Below are positions 32,572 to 36,976 of a DNA stretch of 36,976 bases, piece after piece. Position 1 is the first letter of the stretch; every line of letters begins with the position of its first letter. Origin of the DNA: a virus. Under the pieces are notes generated by a model. That model had not been told where the DNA came from, made no database searches, and worked only from the letters and a program-made list of their open reading frames with translations. The DNA is taken from positions 1-36,976 of the IMG/VR virus record IMGVR_UViG_3300045988_025438; one strand, 5' to 3'. The position numbers and the translations under genes are program-made.

Positions 32572-33117
32572 ATGGAAGTTTTTAAAACAATAAAAGGATT
32601 TGAAAGATATTCAGTAAGTAATCAAGGTAGAGTCATAAACTCTGAAACAGGAAAAGTGCTCTCTCAAAGAAAAGCTTCAAATGGATATTTGAGAGTTAAT
32701 CTTAGAAAAGGGAATATAAAATACGAAAAACCTCATGTATCCTCTGTTCACAGATTGGTTGCTGAGGCTTTTTTAGAACGTATACCGGGAAAAGATTATG
32801 TGAATCATAAAGATTTAAACAAAGAAAATAACAACGTAAAAAACCTTGAATGGTGCACAGCTAAAGAAAATAGTCAACACGTATATTTGAACGATGCTGA
32901 TTATCGTAAAAAGTGTAATGAGAATTTAAAAGTGAGCCATGAAAGAGCTAAACAAAAAATCGCTGTTTATAAAAACGGTGCACTCATTGGCGAGTTCTTA
33001 GGGAAAAAGGAAGTGTCTGAATTTCTTGGGATAGATGAAAAGACTGTGTACAACGGTTTGAATGGAATGGTCAATCGGAAGGGTTACAACTTCCAATTGA
33101 TTAAGGGGGTGGTCTAA
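32572..33117 (+). CDS. Free-standing HNH homing endonuclease (NUMOD4 plus HNH_3 type)
   Basis: FERYSVSNQGRVINSETGKV (NUMOD4). SSVHRLVAEAF...VNHKDLNKENNNVKNLEWCTAKEN (HNH). C-terminal HTH-like tail. Confidence 0.85.
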   Translation: MEVFKTIKGFERYSVSNQGRVINSETGKVLSQRKASNGYLRVNLRKGNIKYEKPHVSSVHRLVAEAFLERIPGKDYVNHKDLNKENNNVKNLEWCTAKENSQHVYLNDADYRKKCNENLKVSHERAKQKIAVYKNGALIGEFLGKKEVSEFLGIDEKTVYNGLNGMVNRKGYNFQLIKGVV

Positions 33118-33212
33118 TGCCTCGTGAAAATACATTCCCATTATCTGAAAAATATTTAGATTTTTGCAACACTGTTGAAAATGTGGATGCTGACTTTCTT
33201 GAGGGAACTTGA
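33117..33212 (+). other. terL: 5' segment of terL (31 codons) in a different frame from the main terL ORF
   Basis: TAATG overlap with the HNH stop. It encodes MPRENTFPLSEKYLDFCNTVENVDADFLEGT, typical of the TerL sequence immediately preceding the Walker A motif. Stops at 33210-33212. Confidence 0.55.
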
Positions 33213-34492
33213 CTACAGCCGCTGGAAAAACGACTGTGGGGCTTGGAGTCAAGTTCATGCGTATGGTCTCAAGAAGCAAGAAGAAGTTCCACATCATTGC
33301 AGCAAAGACGGTCGGTGTTGCTGAGAAGAACTTAATAAACCAAGACAATGGCATCCTCGACATCCATCGGGATGCTTTTTATTTTGGTAACGGTGATAAA
33401 GATTACAAAATCCCCCATATCAAATTCGAGGATAAAATCATCTACATTCTTGGATACGACACGAAAGAGAAATGGCAACTCGCTCTTGGTGGGCAATATG
33501 GATGTGTGTACATCGATGAGGTCAACACAGCGAACATCGAATTCGTTCGAGAGGTCTCCGCTCGTAATGACTATCTGATGGCGACTCTGAATCCCGACAA
33601 TCCCGATTTACCTGTGTACAAGGAATTCATCAATCGTTCAAGACCGTATAAGAAATACGAGAGTGATGTTCCTCGTGAGATTATGGCTGACTTGAAAGAA
33701 CGACACAATCCAAAATGGAGATACTGGTTCTTTACGTTTAAAGATAACAAGTCTTTGAGTGATAAGGACGTTCAAAAGAAAATCGATTCAGTACCTCTTG
33801 GGACTAAGATGTACAAGAACAAGATTCAAGGACTTCGAGGTCGAGCAACAGGGTTGGTCTTCCCTAACTTCGACAGTAAGAAGCACGTAATCACGAAAGC
33901 ACAAGCAAAGAAATTCAATTATGTGATGTTCTCAGCTGGGCTCGATACCTCTTACTCATCCAAGAGTCCTGATACGATTGCGATGATATTCCAAGGCATT
34001 ACGGATGACGGGCATTTGGTTACATTGAGCGAGCAAGTCTACAACAATGCGGACTTAGACACGCCAATCGCACCATCTGACACGGTCGAGAGGTTCATCG
34101 CATTCCTTGACAGAAATTCTAAAGAATGGGGTTTTTGTCGAGATGCGTTTATCGATTCGGCAGACCAAGCAACAATCACAGAATTAAACAAATACAAGAG
34201 ACAATATGGAACAATATACAACTTTATAAACGCTTATAAGAAAACAAAAATCATCGACCGAATCAACCTTCAAATTGGTTGGATTGCTCGTGGATTCTAT
34301 TTGGTCGTTGAAGATTGTGTGGAGCACATCAAAGAGATGAATTCTTATTCGTGGCAAGAAACGAAAGAAGCACCCGAAGACAAGAACGACCACACTATCA
34401 ATGCGAATCAATATACGTGGCTACCTTACAAGCGAATGATTGGACAACAGAGAGGAGAAGAAGAAATCGATGGGGCTGGTGAATATGATTAG
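33209..34492 (+). CDS. terL: Terminase large subunit (ATPase plus nuclease), as tracked from a TTG
   Basis: Walker A TAAGKTT at residues 3-9, Walker B CVYIDEVN, ATLNP coupling motif. Nuclease acidic residues are GLDTSYS, FIDSADQA and DKNDHTINANQY. Confidence 0.85.
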   Translation: MTTAAGKTTVGLGVKFMRMVSRSKKKFHIIAAKTVGVAEKNLINQDNGILDIHRDAFYFGNGDKDYKIPHIKFEDKIIYILGYDTKEKWQLALGGQYGCVYIDEVNTANIEFVREVSARNDYLMATLNPDNPDLPVYKEFINRSRPYKKYESDVPREIMADLKERHNPKWRYWFFTFKDNKSLSDKDVQKKIDSVPLGTKMYKNKIQGLRGRATGLVFPNFDSKKHVITKAQAKKFNYVMFSAGLDTSYSSKSPDTIAMIFQGITDDGHLVTLSEQVYNNADLDTPIAPSDTVERFIAFLDRNSKEWGFCRDAFIDSADQATITELNKYKRQYGTIYNFINAYKKTKIIDRINLQIGWIARGFYLVVEDCVEHIKEMNSYSWQETKEAPEDKNDHTINANQYTWLPYKRMIGQQRGEEEIDGAGEYD

Positions 34493-36029
34493 AAATGGAA
34501 TGAGGAGCTTTTTGAGAATTGAGAAAGCTCAACCAAGTGCAATCGTCATCAATGAAGAGATGACATTCGAGGACAATGCTGCTAAGAACCGAATTTGGTA
34601 TCGTGGTAAGTCCTACGAGTTACAACAACTATACTCTCAACTATCAACGACACGATTCAGCTTTTGGGGTGCACATTCAACTCCAGGACAAGAAATCAGA
34701 AAGATTCACACGGGGCTACCTGGAATCATCGTGAAGGTCTTGAGAGATGCGGTGCTCTACGACATGAATGATTTGGAATTCGATGAATCCAAGTATCAAG
34801 ATTTGTGGGAGGATATCGCACAGGATAACAACTTCAAGAAACAACTAAAAGAAGCGGTGAAAGATGCTCTTGTGATTGGTGATGGAGCATTCAGAATCTC
34901 GTTTGATTCGGATGTGTCTCAATATCCTATCATCGAGTGGGTAAGCGGTGAACGGATCCAAATCAAGAACAAGCGTGGACGATTGCATGAAGTCGTCTTT
35001 ATGACTCGATTTGACGAGAACAAGCAAACATATACACTCGAAGAACATTATGGATTCGGATACGTAACGAATAAGCTCTATCGTGGCGATTCTGAATTGG
35101 ATATTCATTCGACTGAATACACTCAAAACATCAATGACTTCACGTTTGATAAGCATTTGATTCTATGTGTGCCATTTAGCATCTTTGAATCTGATATCGA
35201 ACGAGGACGAGGCGAATCCATCTTCGACAGAAAGACGGACTCATTCGATGCGTTGGATGAGGCGTGGTCTCAATGGATGGATGCTCTTCGAAGTGGTCGA
35301 ACAAAAGAATATATTCCCGAATCGTTGCTCCCACGGGACCCAAAAACTGGGACATTCATGAAGCCGAATGCATTCGACAATCGATTCATCAAGATAGCAT
35401 CTGACAGAGCTGAAGGAGCAAGCAACGAGATTACATTGCAACAAGCGAACATCCCTCACGAGAGTTATTTGGCAACTTACGTGACAGCTTTGGATTTGGC
35501 GTTGCAAGGTATCGTGAGCCCTTCTACGATTGGGATTGATGTGAAGAAGCTTGACAATGCTGAAGCTCAGAGAGAGAAAGAAAAGACTACTCTATACACA
35601 CGCAACACGATTGTAGAAGCATTGCAAGAGTTCATTCCTCAATTAGTATCGATGACAATCAATAGCTTCAACGTATTGAATCGTAGACCTATCGAAGAGA
35701 TTACGGTGAATGTTCCATTCGGAGAATATGCGAACCCATCATTCGAGTCTCAAGTTGAGACAGTTGCAAAAGCGAAAACAAGTGGCATCATGTCCATCGA
35801 AGCTTCTGTGGATGAGCTCTATGGAGATTCTAAGGACGAGCAATGGAAGTCCGAGGAAGTTATTCGCTTGAAGTCTGAGCAAGGCATCAGCGAGGTCGAA
35901 GAGCCTTATCTCAACACGGACTTAGATGGATTCAGCGTTGAAAGAGGTGATGAACTTGCTAGTGAGAATCATGAACAAGAACTACCAAATGAGAACGGAT
36001 CAAGCGAAAGCACTTCTCAACATGAGTAA
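34470..36029 (+). CDS. Portal protein (SPP1 gp6 type)
   Basis: About 519 aa, directly after terL and before the MuF gene. Acidic C-terminal tail. The start is ambiguous (34470 or 34485; the tracked TTG at 34440 overlaps terL). Confidence 0.8.
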   Translation: MGLVNMIRNGMRSFLRIEKAQPSAIVINEEMTFEDNAAKNRIWYRGKSYELQQLYSQLSTTRFSFWGAHSTPGQEIRKIHTGLPGIIVKVLRDAVLYDMNDLEFDESKYQDLWEDIAQDNNFKKQLKEAVKDALVIGDGAFRISFDSDVSQYPIIEWVSGERIQIKNKRGRLHEVVFMTRFDENKQTYTLEEHYGFGYVTNKLYRGDSELDIHSTEYTQNINDFTFDKHLILCVPFSIFESDIERGRGESIFDRKTDSFDALDEAWSQWMDALRSGRTKEYIPESLLPRDPKTGTFMKPNAFDNRFIKIASDRAEGASNEITLQQANIPHESYLATYVTALDLALQGIVSPSTIGIDVKKLDNAEAQREKEKTTLYTRNTIVEALQEFIPQLVSMTINSFNVLNRRPIEEITVNVPFGEYANPSFESQVETVAKAKTSGIMSIEASVDELYGDSKDEQWKSEEVIRLKSEQGISEVEEPYLNTDLDGFSVERGDELASENHEQELPNENGSSESTSQHE

Positions 36030-36177
36030 GGAGTATTGTCCATTCGGAATCTATGCGGTCGAGAAAGACGGTCAGATTGAGATGATGAATTTGAAACCTA
36101 CATCGAGAACTCAACTCAAGAAGATGGTTCGTGAGTACCGCTTGAAAGGATTCAAGGTGTATTCGAATGGTTTATGA
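36022..36177 (+). CDS. Small hypothetical protein (51 aa) between portal and MuF
   Basis: ATG at 36022 overlaps the portal stop region. The tracked ORF from 35926 would overlap the portal by about 100 nt. No clear RBS. Confidence 0.35.
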   Translation: MSKEYCPFGIYAVEKDGQIEMMNLKPTSRTQLKKMVREYRLKGFKVYSNGL

Positions 36178-36976
36178 TGTTAGTCGAGCATTTGAAAGAA
36201 TCGAGAATGAATTGCTCGAGTCCATGACGAGGAATCTCAAGAAACACAAAGCGGAAGAAACTGAGCTTGGTATCGAATGGACTCAATGGCAGGCGGTTCA
36301 ACTCGAAGAATTACAACGATTTAAACAAGAGGCTGCTAAGAAGTACGGTCTCGAGTTTAAATCGATGAATCAAAAGATTAGAGAGACCATCGCCAACGCA
36401 TCATTGCAAGGTGCGAGTGATGAGGAGCTCAATGTGTTGAAGGCACTCGAGAAAGGCTACGTTCTAAAGCGTGAACGTGGTCTAAGTGCTGGATTCTTCC
36501 AAACGAATCAAAAGAGATTAGATGCGTTGATGAATGCTGTCGAACATGACATGAAGACAGCACAAACCGCTGTGCTTCGATATGCGAATGACAAGTATCG
36601 TCAAATCATCTTTCAATCCCAAGTTGCAGCAAGTTCGGGAGCCCTCACTTATGAGAAGGCTGTGGACATGGCAACAAGCGACTTTCTGAAGAACGGATTG
36701 AATTGCATCACGTACTCAAATGGTGCTGTACACAACATTGTGTCGTATGCGGACATGGCTGTGAGAACAGCGAGCAAACGAGCCTATTTGATGGGCGAAG
36801 GTCAGAAGCGACAGGAATGGGGCGTGTCTACTGTCATATTGAACAAGCGATTCAATGCGTGTCCATTATGTATGCCATTTGAAGGGAAAGTCCTCATCGA
36901 TGATGTGTGGAGTGGTGGAAGTTCTAAAGACGGACCCTACCCACTCATGAGTTCAGCGATGGCGGCTGGCTTGTAT
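36167..36976 (+). CDS. MuF / SPP1 gp7-family minor head protein, N-terminal part (continues at nt 56 after the overlap, ending at 934)
   Basis: ATG at 36167 overlaps the upstream stop. It is open to the window end in exactly 270 codons. Translation VYDVSRAFERIENELL...ADMAVRTASKRAYLMGEG...CPLCMPFEGKV is typical of Phage_Mu_F head morphogenesis proteins. Confidence 0.8.
   Translation, partial: MVYDVSRAFERIENELLESMTRNLKKHKAEETELGIEWTQWQAVQLEELQRFKQEAAKKYGLEFKSMNQKIRETIANASLQGASDEELNVLKALEKGYVLKRERGLSAGFFQTNQKRLDALMNAVEHDMKTAQTAVLRYANDKYRQIIFQSQVAASSGALTYEKAVDMATSDFLKNGLNCITYSNGAVHNIVSYADMAVRTASKRAYLMGEGQKRQEWGVSTVILNKRFNACPLCMPFEGKVLIDDVWSGGSSKDGPYPLMSSAMAAGLY
36922..36976 (+). repeat. Second copy of the 55-nt terminal overlap
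   Basis: Identical to nt 1-55. Confidence 0.95.

Larger units (their letters stand above)
1..36976 (+). mobile_element. Complete temperate siphovirus-type phage genome, circularly closed (unique length 36,921 bp)
   Basis: All phage modules are present in one window (packaging, head, tail, lysis, integrase/repressor, replication). Only int and cI are on the - strand. The first 55 nt recur exactly at the end. The lysin-int junction is uninterrupted (attP form). Confidence 0.85.

Overview
The window is one complete, circularly closed genome of a temperate siphovirus-type phage from a Gram-positive (Bacillota) host. Nt 1-55 are identical to 36922-36976, so the unique length is 36,921 bp. The lysin-integrase junction is intact, so this is the attP form and not an integrated prophage. 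Gene order on the + strand: MuF/gp7-family minor head protein (split by the window edge) with a C-terminal ADP-ribosyltransferase domain, scaffold, major capsid, connector and tail-completion genes, major tail protein, tail chaperone pair with a -1 frameshift, 1078-aa tape measure, tail tip and receptor-binding proteins, two holins, a BppU-N/collagen-like protein, and a CHAP plus choline-binding-repeat endolysin. Then come attP, and integrase and CI-type repressor on the - strand. A divergent promoter/operator switch follows, then cro-like and small early genes and a replication module (SMC-like ATPase, AAA_24 ATPase, DUF669, SF2 helicase, primase-helicase). After that come a GGACA-iteron region, RusA, a block of small unknown genes, NrdH, a C5-methyltransferase-like gene, an ArpU-type late regulator, terS, a free-standing HNH endonuclease, terL and an SPP1-type portal. 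No tRNA, rRNA or CRISPR array was seen. Observations most worth follow-up: (1) every GATC I could find lies inside GGATC/GGATCC, so GATC looks purged while GGATCC looks enriched; (2) the methyltransferase-like gene is split by a G8 homopolymer and would be restored by G7; (3) about 15 GGACA/TGTCC motifs and paired 29-nt repeats sit just downstream of the primase-helicase, which looks like an origin; (4) the MuF-ADP-ribosyltransferase toxin has a small downstream candidate immunity ORF; (5) terL and one small early gene have strong starts in a different frame from their main ORFs; (6) three 17-bp operators are present, one about 300 bp from the switch; (7) a structural-type collagen-like gene sits inside the lysis cassette. 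All calls come from reading the sequence and ORF translations by eye. Family assignments are motif-level recognition, not search results.
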